DNA of 64,000 nt from a virus, in IMG/VR virus record IMGVR_UViG_3300027801_001493, positions 55,028 through 119,027 of that record. One strand, given 5' to 3'. Positions 28,231 through 38,682 of the stretch are shown piece by piece (the stretch's first letter is position 1; each line of letters starts with the position of its first letter). The position numbers were made by a program, and so were the translations under genes. Under the pieces are notes generated by a model. It saw nothing but the letters and a program-made list of their open reading frames with translations. It had not been told where the DNA came from and searched no databases.

Positions 28231-28863
28231 TTAGTTATTGTCAAGTAAATTATTATATATTTTATACTCTGGTGCCAAGTATTCCATAATTGCATCTTTA
28301 TGTGGCGTTAGTTCTTGTGCTATTTGCTGTTTGTGTTCATCTACAGTTTGGTTTACTTTGAGTATATTCATACCTTGTTTGTTAAACCATTCTGTGAGGT
28401 TGTCTGTTTTTACTACAGTTAAAGATTTATACAGCATGTGTTCTGTGATATACAACCAATTTGCTGTATGTCCATCATCATAACTATAATTACCAATTGT
28501 GAATCCATTGTCAATGCTGTTTGTATTTGTTCTTGTTAATTGACAAAATGCACTAACATATCTTTGCCATGGATCTCTAATTATTAAAACAACGTCAGTA
28601 TCTTTCCAAAATGCATTATCGAAAGGTATGTTATCTTGACTTGGTAATTCATTTGGGTACACAGTTCTGTCTATAAGGTAGTTACTGTTTCCACGTGGAG
28701 GTACTTTAGGACTTAGTGGGTCTGGATTACCATGCTGGTATATTGTGCTACTAGAGTAATTTTTCCAATCATCGTAATCATTAAATAGATTAGACAAAGA
28801 CATTAATCCGCATTTACGAGCGGAAATTATAACTTTGTTTTCCTTCTCGTTTAAAAAAATCAT
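28231..28863 (-). CDS. Sulfotransferase-like protein
   Basis: ARKCGLMSL and IIRDPWQRYVSAF resemble PAPS-binding motifs. Confidence 0.6.
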   Translation of the reverse strand: MIFLNEKENKVIISARKCGLMSLSNLFNDYDDWKNYSSSTIYQHGNPDPLSPKVPPRGNSNYLIDRTVYPNELPSQDNIPFDNAFWKDTDVVLIIRDPWQRYVSAFCQLTRTNTNSIDNGFTIGNYSYDDGHTANWLYITEHMLYKSLTVVKTDNLTEWFNKQGMNILKVNQTVDEHKQQIAQELTPHKDAIMEYLAPEYKIYNNLLDNN

Positions 28864-29805
28864 TTAGTATTCCAATTTGTCTGTGTCTTTTAACTTAGTG
28901 TACTTGTCAAAATAGTCATCTACCATGTTGTCATAATGGAATGTAATCCTATGTAGTACTCTATTTGCAATTACTTCAGGTTCCCATTCTACTCTTTTAT
29001 GTAGTGTTAGTACTTGGTCTGATATAACAATATCGCCAGGATGCCATTCATGTTCATATATGTATTTGTGTTGGAAACAATGTTCCATTAATAATTTTTT
29101 AAGTTCTTTATCTTCGAAAGTACAGTTGTTATGATAATGGAAGTATAAACCTTTCTTACCATTAAAGCCTTCGTGTACCAAAGGCATTGTGTACTTGTGG
29201 TCAACTAATCCAAAACCTTTCATCATTTGTAGTTGTGGAGTTGCTACACCTTTTGCCCAATTTTCAGGAGCATATTCATAGTTGCCTATAACACCTTCGC
29301 AACGTGCTTTTAATTCATCTGGCATATCATCGTATGCTTTTACAGTATCCATAAATGCTGTATGTGTTCCTTCACTGTGCCAAGCACCTTGTAAAGCAAC
29401 ACCTCTGGCTCTATCCATATCACCATTCATATTACTGTGCCAATCTAGTTCTCCGTTGCCAAAGATACCAGTTGGTAAACCTTTTTCTGTTTTCTTGCCT
29501 GTTACTCGTTGTAGTGGGAAGTCATTGTCCTCACCTTCAAATGTAAATGGATCTACATATTCAAGATTGCCTATGTTAGCACCATCTTGTTTCCATAGCA
29601 TTTGTTTCCAATTAGCAAAGCCACCCATCTTGTGACATAACTTTGCAAATGGTACTGTTTCAAATGGTTGTTTGACAAAAGCAATTAACAAGTTGTCTAA
29701 GTATATCTCATTAATGTCTTGATAGTCTTGTTCTGTAAGTTTTGATATGTTGCAGTCTATTAGAACTCCTGCATTTACTAATGGTATTACTTTCATTTTA
29801 CTCAC
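28864..29805 (-). CDS. TauD/TfdA-family dioxygenase
   Basis: LDWHSN, DTVKAYDDMP, WHPGDIVISDQ..TLHKR...R.LHR. Confidence 0.8.
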   Translation of the reverse strand: MSKMKVIPLVNAGVLIDCNISKLTEQDYQDINEIYLDNLLIAFVKQPFETVPFAKLCHKMGGFANWKQMLWKQDGANIGNLEYVDPFTFEGEDNDFPLQRVTGKKTEKGLPTGIFGNGELDWHSNMNGDMDRARGVALQGAWHSEGTHTAFMDTVKAYDDMPDELKARCEGVIGNYEYAPENWAKGVATPQLQMMKGFGLVDHKYTMPLVHEGFNGKKGLYFHYHNNCTFEDKELKKLLMEHCFQHKYIYEHEWHPGDIVISDQVLTLHKRVEWEPEVIANRVLHRITFHYDNMVDDYFDKYTKLKDTDKLEY

Positions 29806-30304
29806 TTAAATGTTCGACTACGCATCCACTCTTTTCTAAAAAGTCTCTGCCTGATCCTTTGGCGGCATCATATGTATTTTTAAAATATACTTCTGATATG
29901 CCTGATTGAAATATTAATTTAGCACATTCTATACAAGGCTCGTGTGTACAAAATAGTACAGCATCCTTACAACTTTCACTGCTTTGTGCTACTTTGGCTA
30001 TTGCATTTGTTTCTGCATGTAGCACTTCTGGTTTTGTTTTTAATTTGCTCCAAGTATTACCATGTGGTGAACTATGCATAACAGCACCATCACCAATAAA
30101 CTTGTCTCTCATGTGAGGAATATCATTCCATGTATCAGTAGTTTCGCATTCATTAGTCCATCCGCTAGGCATACCATTGTAACCTATACTAATAATTCTG
30201 TTGTCTTTAACAATAATAGCACCTACTTGGGCACGTTTGGCAGTACTAAGTTCTGCAAACTGTTCTGCTACTTTTATATAGACTTCTTTAAATTTATCCT
30301 TCAC
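29798..30304 (-). CDS. dCMP deaminase
   Basis: QVGAIIVK, GYNG, HAETNA, PCIEC. Confidence 0.92.
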   Translation of the reverse strand: MKDKFKEVYIKVAEQFAELSTAKRAQVGAIIVKDNRIISIGYNGMPSGWTNECETTDTWNDIPHMRDKFIGDGAVMHSSPHGNTWSKLKTKPEVLHAETNAIAKVAQSSESCKDAVLFCTHEPCIECAKLIFQSGISEVYFKNTYDAAKGSGRDFLEKSGCVVEHLSE

Positions 30305-31515
30305 TTGTTATACTCGGTTGTTATACTAACTGCCGCACTTCTTCCACCAAACCCAAATGATGTTTTAAACATCCTGTTGTACTTTGCTTCTTTTACTTCT
30401 GTTGGTAAGTTAAAGTGTCCGTCGTCTGTAAACGGATTTGTTAAATTTGCATTAGCTGGTATGAATCCTTCGACCATTGCTTCTGCACCTAATACAATTT
30501 CTGCAAGTCCACTAGCACCCATCATATGGCCCACTTGTCCTTTGTTGCCGTACAAGTGACTTCCTTCTGGAAAGTAATCTTTCAACACGTTATACTCTAC
30601 AGGATCACCAAATGGCGTACTTGTGGCATGTGCATTTAAAACTGTATATTCGTCAGCACTTGCACCGGCTTGCTTTAATGCTTTATCAATAGCAATCCTG
30701 GCTCCAGTGCCGTCTAAATCTGGTTGTGTTGCATGGGCTCCATCGTTAGCAATGCCTAATCCATCAACTACCCAACGTATATTTGCTCCACGCTCTTGTG
30801 CAAGTTCCAATGGTTCTACTACTAGATAAACACTACCTTCTCCCATAACAAAACCATCTCTGCTTTCGTCCCAAGGAACACTTCTGCCTGTTGGACTAAT
30901 TGCTCCTAACAGTTGGAAGTATATAGTACTCATTGAACTTGTCATGAAATCTGTTCCACCTACAATAGCACTTGTATAGCCTTCTGTTTGCATATACTTC
31001 TTTGCTATATCCAGTGCTTGTAACCCGCTAATACATGTTCCGCTAGTACCCATACTAGGCCCATGTAACTTGTAATGACTGCTTATATGGTTGCTAACGT
31101 ACTCATGTGAGCTACTTAACAGTATCTGAGGATGTACTTTACGTCTTTTATCATTTAGAATTTGTCCGTACCTTGCTAGGTTTGGTGCACCGCCTCTAAT
31201 AGTACCAACTATCACTGGTGTGTCTTGTGGTAAGTCTAATCCACTTTGTTTAACTGCATGGTCAACTGCAATCATACTGGTAACTACAGTAGGATCTATC
31301 CAACGTTTGTCTTTCTTTTTGATGAGATGCTCAATGTCTACATCGTCATAATTACAATGGAATGCTTTTTCTACTTCTAGTATCCAGTCACTGAAATGAC
31401 CTTGTTGCCTGTAATCAGTTATGGGTACTTCGAGTGCCTTTAAGTTTCTGATATTTTCAGAGAGTGTATTGCCCAAAGGCGAGACGATACCTACTCCAGT
31501 AATTGCAAGTTTCAT
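30301..31515 (-). CDS. fabF: Beta-ketoacyl-ACP synthase (FabF/FabB family)
   Basis: ITGVGIVSPLG, catalytic GTCISG, NAHATST, GHMMGA, SFGFGG. Confidence 0.88.
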   Translation of the reverse strand: MKLAITGVGIVSPLGNTLSENIRNLKALEVPITDYRQQGHFSDWILEVEKAFHCNYDDVDIEHLIKKKDKRWIDPTVVTSMIAVDHAVKQSGLDLPQDTPVIVGTIRGGAPNLARYGQILNDKRRKVHPQILLSSSHEYVSNHISSHYKLHGPSMGTSGTCISGLQALDIAKKYMQTEGYTSAIVGGTDFMTSSMSTIYFQLLGAISPTGRSVPWDESRDGFVMGEGSVYLVVEPLELAQERGANIRWVVDGLGIANDGAHATQPDLDGTGARIAIDKALKQAGASADEYTVLNAHATSTPFGDPVEYNVLKDYFPEGSHLYGNKGQVGHMMGASGLAEIVLGAEAMVEGFIPANANLTNPFTDDGHFNLPTEVKEAKYNRMFKTSFGFGGRSAAVSITTEYNK

Positions 31516-31585
31516 AAACGTATTTACCGTGAAATATTAGAGGTAAGGATACAGAATTGGTAACCTTATTTTGAATTTAAAGGGA

Positions 31586-32437
31586 TTAAGACTTTTTGAT
31601 TAATGCGCCTTGCCAAAAACCTGAATTATCTGATTCTGAATTTAAACACCATTCTGATGTCCAATTCTTGCCAGTTAATGTCATAGGGTTCATAGCGGCC
31701 CAAAATGCTTCATTTACATTTGGAATGTGGAAGTTTAATATTGCCATAACTTCACCTGTTTCCATCTTATTAAAGATTGTTGCAAACATTTTTGTTTGTG
31801 TATACACGTCTAATTCTGGGAAGCCCATGTTAGGTATCCAAGGATTAATAACCCAAACATCAGGATTAAAAGTTCCTGCTGTTGTAGAGTCACCTAGTTT
31901 GGTTCCATCATGTGCAACACACAATGATTCACTTGCCCATGTTCTTGTTAACTGTGAGATTTCATTCATTGTCAATGTTGGTACTGCGTCTGCAAGTGTA
32001 ATAGTGGTAATTAACTCTGGGTCTGCATCTGGATCTGTATACGGATCAAAGTATTTAACGGAAACTGCTTCTGCGGCTTCGTTATAAACTACTTCTGCTG
32101 TTGCTGATGTATCATGTTTAAATACGTTTGCTACATTTCCTGTATTAGAAAAGTAATCACTGGTTGTTAGGAATGTATCAATATATGTATCTGATGTAAC
32201 AATTTTAACGCCTGCTTGGTTACTTGCATTGTCTACAATAAACTTTGCAGTTTTACCTGTTGCCGCATACGGTTCAACTATGTTAAGTACTTCTCCAGTA
32301 GCCATCTTTTCTACTACTGATTGAATTAATTTACCTTGTAGTTCTGTTAGTGTTCCATCAAGTAAATCATCCCATGTAAACGCGGTATCATCGATTGCAT
32401 CAATTTCTGCCGCTGTTGGTAATGTCATATTAGCCAT
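31586..32437 (-). CDS. Acidic hypothetical protein
   Basis: 283-aa ORF with GGAG SD. Confidence 0.7.
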   Translation of the reverse strand: MANMTLPTAAEIDAIDDTAFTWDDLLDGTLTELQGKLIQSVVEKMATGEVLNIVEPYAATGKTAKFIVDNASNQAGVKIVTSDTYIDTFLTTSDYFSNTGNVANVFKHDTSATAEVVYNEAAEAVSVKYFDPYTDPDADPELITTITLADAVPTLTMNEISQLTRTWASESLCVAHDGTKLGDSTTAGTFNPDVWVINPWIPNMGFPELDVYTQTKMFATIFNKMETGEVMAILNFHIPNVNEAFWAAMNPMTLTGKNWTSEWCLNSESDNSGFWQGALIKKS

Positions 32438-32470
32438 TCTTTTCTCCAGTGTTAAATGCTTTTACACTTG

Positions 32471-33385
32471 TTATTTATCATTTAATGGCAGTAACTCTAC
32501 GATATTAGGAAACTCAATTACAAGTTTATGCATTTCTTCCATAGTAAAATCTTCTGCAACTTCGCCTAGCCTAATTCTGCCTACCCTATATTCTGGTGCT
32601 GTAAACGGTAAAGGAACATTATGCTCATTGCACCACGCATAATATTCTTCCATTTTCCAATAATCCTGCTCTTCTGTATTCTTAAATTGTGGACCTTGGT
32701 CAAAATTCATTGCAAATGCTGGAGCATACGTTGTTTGTTGTCTTAATTCATCTGCATGTTCTGTTGCTAATACTACATCTGATGTGCCAAAACATGCCGC
32801 TAAATCCTTGCCAACTGTATTATAATCTAACTCTAAAAATCCCCACATACCCCATGGTAGTTTTGAGTCAAAGTCCTCATCTGTTATTGTTAAGTCTATA
32901 CCCTCTAATATGTGCGGTCTATAATATTCTTGCTTTGCCACAATAAGAACTTTATCCATATCAGTTGGAACTGTTTCTAATGTGTGTACTAGTATATTAA
33001 CACGTTCTAGTAGTTCTTGTGTTTCACTACCTTTGCCATGCTCTTCTGTAAACTGTTGAAATATTAAATGTAATTGATTTAGTCTTTCTGGTTGTAAATG
33101 TGGCTCTAAATTTAAGTCTAACAAACAAGTTAGCGGTATACTACATAGACCTAACTGGTTTACTTTGTTAATAACAGAGTTCATTTCCTCTGCTAATACA
33201 CTTGCACTATTGTTATCTTGGTTAAAAGTTTGGTCTATTCTATATAGAACATTACTGTTGGGTTCCGCTCTTGCTATCTCCAACGACTCCATAACTTTCT
33301 TTGCTATAGGTGTATCGTATAGTTTAAAATCTAGGTAACGTTTATCATTACCGATTTCACTCTGTAGTATTATTCTCAGTTTCAT
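32471..33385 (-). CDS. Hypothetical protein
   Basis: 304-aa ORF; LELDYNTVGK segment. Confidence 0.7.
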   Translation of the reverse strand: MKLRIILQSEIGNDKRYLDFKLYDTPIAKKVMESLEIARAEPNSNVLYRIDQTFNQDNNSASVLAEEMNSVINKVNQLGLCSIPLTCLLDLNLEPHLQPERLNQLHLIFQQFTEEHGKGSETQELLERVNILVHTLETVPTDMDKVLIVAKQEYYRPHILEGIDLTITDEDFDSKLPWGMWGFLELDYNTVGKDLAACFGTSDVVLATEHADELRQQTTYAPAFAMNFDQGPQFKNTEEQDYWKMEEYYAWCNEHNVPLPFTAPEYRVGRIRLGEVAEDFTMEEMHKLVIEFPNIVELLPLNDK

Positions 33386-33959
33386 CTTGTTGAGCCATGT
33401 CTTCTTGTTGTTCTGCTAATGCTTGTCTTCTAACATCTTTAATTCCTGTTAAATAATTAAGCATTGATGTTGCATCACTTACATCAAATGGATCGCCGGC
33501 ATAGTTATCTTCTTTGCCTTGCTCTACAAAAATCATTTCAATATAACCATTGTCTACGACCATTGAATATCTGTGGCTTCTTAATCCAAAGTTTACTGCT
33601 TCTTTCTTAACAAGCATACCCATATTTCTAGAAAAGTCACCGTTGCCATCTGCGATTGGTTTAACATTTTCTATACCTAAACTATCTAACCATGCATTCA
33701 TAACAAATGAATCATTAACACTTAGACAAAAAACTTCGTCTACGTCCTGATCAATAATGTCATCATAGTTTGCTTCGTATCCAGGTAAATGTGTACTACT
33801 ACATGTTGGTGTAAATGCTCCAGGTAGTGAAAATACCACAACTCGCTTACCACCGAATAAATCTTCTGTGTTCTCACTGATCCAGTCAAAGTCTACTCTG
33901 CCTTCTGGAATGCCTCTTCTGTTAAACTGTACCATAGGTACGGTCATCTCTACTGCCAT
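33357..33959 (-). CDS. Peroxiredoxin (Prx5/type II)
   Basis: LPGAFTPTCSSTHLP, SVNDSFVM, DGNGDFS, RYSM. Confidence 0.93.
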   Translation of the reverse strand: MAVEMTVPMVQFNRRGIPEGRVDFDWISENTEDLFGGKRVVVFSLPGAFTPTCSSTHLPGYEANYDDIIDQDVDEVFCLSVNDSFVMNAWLDSLGIENVKPIADGNGDFSRNMGMLVKKEAVNFGLRSHRYSMVVDNGYIEMIFVEQGKEDNYAGDPFDVSDATSMLNYLTGIKDVRRQALAEQQEDMAQQDETENNTTE

Positions 33960-33988
33960 GTCTATCTCCGATTTTTTAAAATGTACTA

Positions 33989-35482
33989 CTAATTATCACT
34001 AAATTGTTCAATATCGAATAATTCATGATATTCTTTTAGAACGTCTACCGTTCTTATTCTCTTTAATTTGTCTACGTTGTAAGGTTCTTTAATCTTTTCA
34101 TTTGTATAATTACAAATGTTATCCCAAAAATTTCCTTCTATGTTTGTTAGTTGTGCCATCATACGTTTTCTGTTTTCTTCTATCTTAGGTCTTGCTTTTA
34201 ACCATCTTAAATGCATTTCTGATAAAGGTACTTCACACAATGTAGCAATCTCTTTTGAAATTGCTTTTAAACGTTTTTCACTGTCCACTATGTTATCGTA
34301 ATCTTCACTGAAACCTAACTCTTCTGCTAGTGTATGAAATCCAAGTTTTTTAAACTTTGCAATCATGCCTGGCTGTCCATATAATATAAGACCTTGCCCA
34401 TATACCATAGGCTTTAACACTTTTTCTGTATAAAAAGTATTCACATTTTCATGGTCTGCTACTGTTTCACATGTATACCATACATAACTATTTTCCATCT
34501 GTGGAGCATACTTACTTTCTACTGCACCTATATAAGCATGGTCTCCTGGTATACTTTGCCCAAGTTTGTAATATTTTTTAAATGTATCGAACGTGTCTGC
34601 TGTTAATTGGTTTCTCATCATAGGTGCATTTCTTGCCAATATTTGTTTAAAATAGTCTACTGTAAGAAATTTTCCAACACCCTCTGCTTTACCAATCTTA
34701 TGAAACACTTGTGGTGGAAAAGCACTTACAATACTCTTATACTTCCATGTATTAACTAAAAACAATGCCCAAAGTGCCACAGCCCTAGATTCAGAATAAC
34801 GTCTATTTAAAAATGTAAATGTGTTTCCTTTTGATGTGTACCAATGCTCTTGGTCCCATGATACAAACTTTAGTTTGCCTGGAACACTTCTGTCTATACC
34901 CTTCTCTAAGTCTGCAGTATCTAGATGACCATGCATATTCCATTGTACAACATACTTAACAGGATTTACATTTTCTTTCGATGCATACTTATTAACTTGT
35001 TCTTGCCCATCAAAATTATTACCTACAAGTATAACTTTGTCTGCACTTATATCAAATAACTGCATACAAGAATATAGTTGTGGAATACATTGTTCTAGTT
35101 TAGGACTCTCATCTGCAAAGTTTATAACTAACGGCTTATTTAATATACCGCTGTCTAACCCATCAAAGTATGCAATCATAAAATCTACATGCTGTGGGTG
35201 AAACTCCCATGTTGTTATATGGTTTCCGTCTACAGTTTCACTACGCCCTGGGGTAGGGATAAAAAATGTTATACTCGTTATTTCTTTATTAATCTCTTTT
35301 TGCTTACTTGATAATCCGCCTCTATGTACTTCTGTACAGGAAACTAGTTCATGCCCTAGCATTCCAGCTGGCAATGTCATTGTCCAAGGTTCTCCTTGCC
35401 ATGCATCTGATGATAAATCTACTATAAATTTTTCGCCGGTCTTGTCATGTGTACAATCCAGATACTTGATATCTAAATCCAT
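33989..35482 (-). CDS. Large hypothetical protein
   Basis: 497-aa ORF; FTFLNRR and YTEKVLKP segments. Confidence 0.7.
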   Translation of the reverse strand: MDLDIKYLDCTHDKTGEKFIVDLSSDAWQGEPWTMTLPAGMLGHELVSCTEVHRGGLSSKQKEINKEITSITFFIPTPGRSETVDGNHITTWEFHPQHVDFMIAYFDGLDSGILNKPLVINFADESPKLEQCIPQLYSCMQLFDISADKVILVGNNFDGQEQVNKYASKENVNPVKYVVQWNMHGHLDTADLEKGIDRSVPGKLKFVSWDQEHWYTSKGNTFTFLNRRYSESRAVALWALFLVNTWKYKSIVSAFPPQVFHKIGKAEGVGKFLTVDYFKQILARNAPMMRNQLTADTFDTFKKYYKLGQSIPGDHAYIGAVESKYAPQMENSYVWYTCETVADHENVNTFYTEKVLKPMVYGQGLILYGQPGMIAKFKKLGFHTLAEELGFSEDYDNIVDSEKRLKAISKEIATLCEVPLSEMHLRWLKARPKIEENRKRMMAQLTNIEGNFWDNICNYTNEKIKEPYNVDKLKRIRTVDVLKEYHELFDIEQFSDN

Positions 35483-35838
35483 TGCAATAGATGTCCTAAG
35501 ATTGCTGAACTAAGTATAAACACTAGTACAGAATTTAAAATTATTAATGCTCTATCTTTCCAAAGTATTCCAACCCAAGTCCAACCTATGGTACCTATTA
35601 AACTAAACACTTGATCCATAAATTGGTATTGTGGACCTTGAGCTCTAAATAATACTGCTGTAAGTATAAAGAGACTTGCTGTCCATTTAATATACCAACT
35701 TAAATCTTGTTTAGGAGTAGCACTCTTGTAAACTCTATTGCTGTTTTGTATCTCGCCTATTGTGAACTCTTTGCCTGTTTTTGTTTTGACTATCGTGTCC
35801 TGACTAGGCCCATCAGTAATTTTAAATTCTTTCTTCAT
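35473..35838 (-). CDS. Membrane protein (three TM helices)
   Basis: SWYIKWTAS...WKDRALIILN. Confidence 0.65.
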   Translation of the reverse strand: MKKEFKITDGPSQDTIVKTKTGKEFTIGEIQNSNRVYKSATPKQDLSWYIKWTASLFILTAVLFRAQGPQYQFMDQVFSLIGTIGWTWVGILWKDRALIILNSVLVFILSSAILGHLLQWI

Positions 35839-36194
35839 AGTATGCCGATTTGATATTTGCCTTCGTCACTTATCATTGTGTCTGGATTCCATGGTGGATC
35901 AAACGTTAGTGTAACTTTAACTCCGTTTATACATTCTACTGCTCTTGTGGCAAACTCTATTTCCATAGGGATAATTTCAGCCGCCGGGCAGTTAGGTGAG
36001 GTTAGTGTCATTATGATGTTTGCATCATACTCTTGATTTACTGCTACTTGATATATAAGTCCTAAGTCATAAACATTCAAGTTTATTTCAGGATCATATA
36101 CCCTACGCAAATTTGCTATAATTTGGTCAACCAATTGGTCTTGCAAATTTTCTGGAGGACCTACTCCTTGTTCAGTTTCTTTATCGCCTGCCAT
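35835..36194 (-). CDS. sufT: SufT/DUF59 Fe-S maturation protein
   Basis: VYDPEI, YDLGLIY, MTLTSPNCP, FDPPW. Confidence 0.92.
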   Translation of the reverse strand: MAGDKETEQGVGPPENLQDQLVDQIIANLRRVYDPEINLNVYDLGLIYQVAVNQEYDANIIMTLTSPNCPAAEIIPMEIEFATRAVECINGVKVTLTFDPPWNPDTMISDEGKYQIGIL

Positions 36195-37396
36195 ATTCCC
36201 TCTACTAATTTAACACAATCGTGTTCGTCATTGTATGGTGCAGTACTAACTCTAAATATGCCAGTACCTTTGTTGTTATATCTGTTACTTGCTGGGTAGG
36301 CACACATATGGCCCGTTCTAACACATACATCTGATATGTCTAAGAACCCTGCAATATCACTTGCATTGTAGTCTAACTCTGGATCAACAACAAAACTAAA
36401 AACACTTCTAGGATATGGATCTCCAATTAACTGTAGTTCTGGAATGTCAAACAATCCTTTGTCATGTAACATGTAATAAAATTCTGCTTCGTTCTCTTGT
36501 ATTTCTTTATAGCCGACTTCCATAATCCATTCTGCCGCCGCCCCTATACTGTGTACTCCTGATATATTAGGTGTACCTGCTTCTACTTGACTGACATCAT
36601 TGTTTAATACATATCCTGTTTCAAAATCTACGTGACTAACTGTGCCGCCACCTATACGTGATTCTACATCAGTAAATCCGCCTCTATGAAATAACACTCC
36701 GATACCTGTACCAGCAAACATTTTATGTCCACTAAATGCAATCCAATCAATGTTATTCAGTTTGGTGTCTATTTCTTGATGTGCAATACTTTGACATGCA
36801 TCAAGTATCACTTCACAGTCATGTTCTTTTGCTATGGCTACCATTTGTTGCCACTTCAACATGTGTCCGCTTAAATTACTTTGTGTTAAAAATGCAACTA
36901 TACTACCTGGGTTCTCACTACAAACTTCTACCCAATCCTGCATACTAACATCACCAGTGTCTGTTGCTTTACAAACAACTAGTCCATCATTTTCTGTAGT
37001 CCTGCCTTGTCTCATCCAAGGTAACGCATTACTGTGATGTTCCAATGCTGTTATAATTACTTTCCTTGCATCATCTTTATAATGCTCTGCAACCATGTTT
37101 AAACTTTCTGTTGTACCGCTAGTAAATGCAACCTCAAAAGGTTCGCACCCTATTAACTTTGCTACTGAGTCTCTGGCTTTGTCATAAATGTCTGTTGCAA
37201 TACCGCTAGTCTTAAAGTCTCCCCTATGTACATTTGCTCTGTAGTTATAGTAATAATCGCTAATTGCTTTTACACTGGTGTCCACAGTTTGTGTACTTGC
37301 CGCATTATCTAAATACGTTAAGTCACTATATGCTAGAGCAGGAAAACATGCTCTAATTTGTTTGATTGATTTTGCTTTTTTGTAGGCTTTTAACAT
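36161..37396 (-). CDS. sufS: Cysteine desulfurase
   Basis: YLDNAASTQ, NVHRG, EHHSN, SGHKM (PLP Lys), RTGHMCA (catalytic Cys). Confidence 0.93.
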   Translation of the reverse strand: MLKAYKKAKSIKQIRACFPALAYSDLTYLDNAASTQTVDTSVKAISDYYYNYRANVHRGDFKTSGIATDIYDKARDSVAKLIGCEPFEVAFTSGTTESLNMVAEHYKDDARKVIITALEHHSNALPWMRQGRTTENDGLVVCKATDTGDVSMQDWVEVCSENPGSIVAFLTQSNLSGHMLKWQQMVAIAKEHDCEVILDACQSIAHQEIDTKLNNIDWIAFSGHKMFAGTGIGVLFHRGGFTDVESRIGGGTVSHVDFETGYVLNNDVSQVEAGTPNISGVHSIGAAAEWIMEVGYKEIQENEAEFYYMLHDKGLFDIPELQLIGDPYPRSVFSFVVDPELDYNASDIAGFLDISDVCVRTGHMCAYPASNRYNNKGTGIFRVSTAPYNDEHDCVKLVEGIWQAIKKLNKE

Positions 37397-38682
37397 AGAA
37401 AACTTTCCACTAATATATCTTTGGCACTATCTTTATCAAAACCTCTGCTCTGCAGATAGTACATGTGTTCATTATTAATGTTACTTATCGTACAACCATG
37501 AGAACATTCTATTTCTTTGGTATGTATATCTAGTATAGGTCTGGTATGCATTTTTGTATCTTTAGTAAGCATTAAATTATTGTTATTCATCTCTCCGTTG
37601 AAGCCTATACTGTATGGACTAACGTCGAACTTTCCTATGAAACTGGTATTAGCCTTTTCTCTTCCAACGTTTTTAATATCTATAACACTTTTGTTATTAT
37701 CGTTTTGACTTTTCACTAAAACATACTGATGATACTCATTGCCAGCAAGTATATTATTTCTACCTTTTACATTTATATCTACGTGACTGCTACATTTAAA
37801 GTAAAAGTTTTCTTGTGAGTACTTACTGCCTTCATTGTTAAAATTAATAGTAACTTTACTTCCTGGATGGCAGACAAATCTACTATCAAAAATCCCCCAG
37901 CCGCCACAGTCAACTGTGTTTCTGTCAATTACTAATTCTGCATCTTCCCTAACAATGTATGTTACATAATTCATTTGTCCTGCTTGGGCTTTTACAGTTT
38001 CATTTATTTTGACCTTAGTGTTATATTGTACATCAACTATAGTAGTGTTTGCTTCTAGTATAGGATCTTGTGTGCTGTTCTCATAATATATGTTAAGTGG
38101 CTTATTGTAGTAACGTTCTTTAGATCCTGTTGGAAATATAATTACGTTTGTAAATGGTGTTAATGCGTATGTTAAATTTCTAAAGTCTTCAGTAGGCTCT
38201 ATAATCTTAATATACTCATCTTGTTTTTGTTTATTAAATTTAATATTATCTAATATCTGCACACCAAAAGGTTTTTTGCTACCTAAGTCCATGCTAGTTA
38301 AAATAACACTATCGTTAATAACAATAGATTGTTCTTGATGTGCAACCCATTCAAATCTTTCTAATGCTTCAACTGGATCGTACTGTGATTGTTTTGCTAA
38401 TATATCTAATTGCTTTAGTTTGTTTAAATTACTAAAATTAAATTGTTCATGTTTGTTATTAGGGATACCAACTTCTCTAAGATACATTAAGTTGTCTACA
38501 AAATGATTATGTACTCCTGGAACTTTTTTTTGATATCCGCTTTGTTCTGCCAATGCAATAAAGTCAGACGAACTAATATAGTCTGCCAAATCTTCTAATT
38601 TAAAATAACTTGCAACACCTGTTTGACTGTCTACCAGTCTTTCGCTGTAAAGATTCTTATACACTATCAAACCCTTCCGCAA
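37390..38682 (-). CDS. sufD: SufD-like scaffold subunit, divergent N-terminus
   Basis: TRPILDIHTKEIECSHGCT, YYLQSRG; operon position. Confidence 0.8.
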   Translation of the reverse strand: MRKGLIVYKNLYSERLVDSQTGVASYFKLEDLADYISSSDFIALAEQSGYQKKVPGVHNHFVDNLMYLREVGIPNNKHEQFNFSNLNKLKQLDILAKQSQYDPVEALERFEWVAHQEQSIVINDSVILTSMDLGSKKPFGVQILDNIKFNKQKQDEYIKIIEPTEDFRNLTYALTPFTNVIIFPTGSKERYYNKPLNIYYENSTQDPILEANTTIVDVQYNTKVKINETVKAQAGQMNYVTYIVREDAELVIDRNTVDCGGWGIFDSRFVCHPGSKVTINFNNEGSKYSQENFYFKCSSHVDINVKGRNNILAGNEYHQYVLVKSQNDNNKSVIDIKNVGREKANTSFIGKFDVSPYSIGFNGEMNNNNLMLTKDTKMHTRPILDIHTKEIECSHGCTISNINNEHMYYLQSRGFDKDSAKDILVESFLC

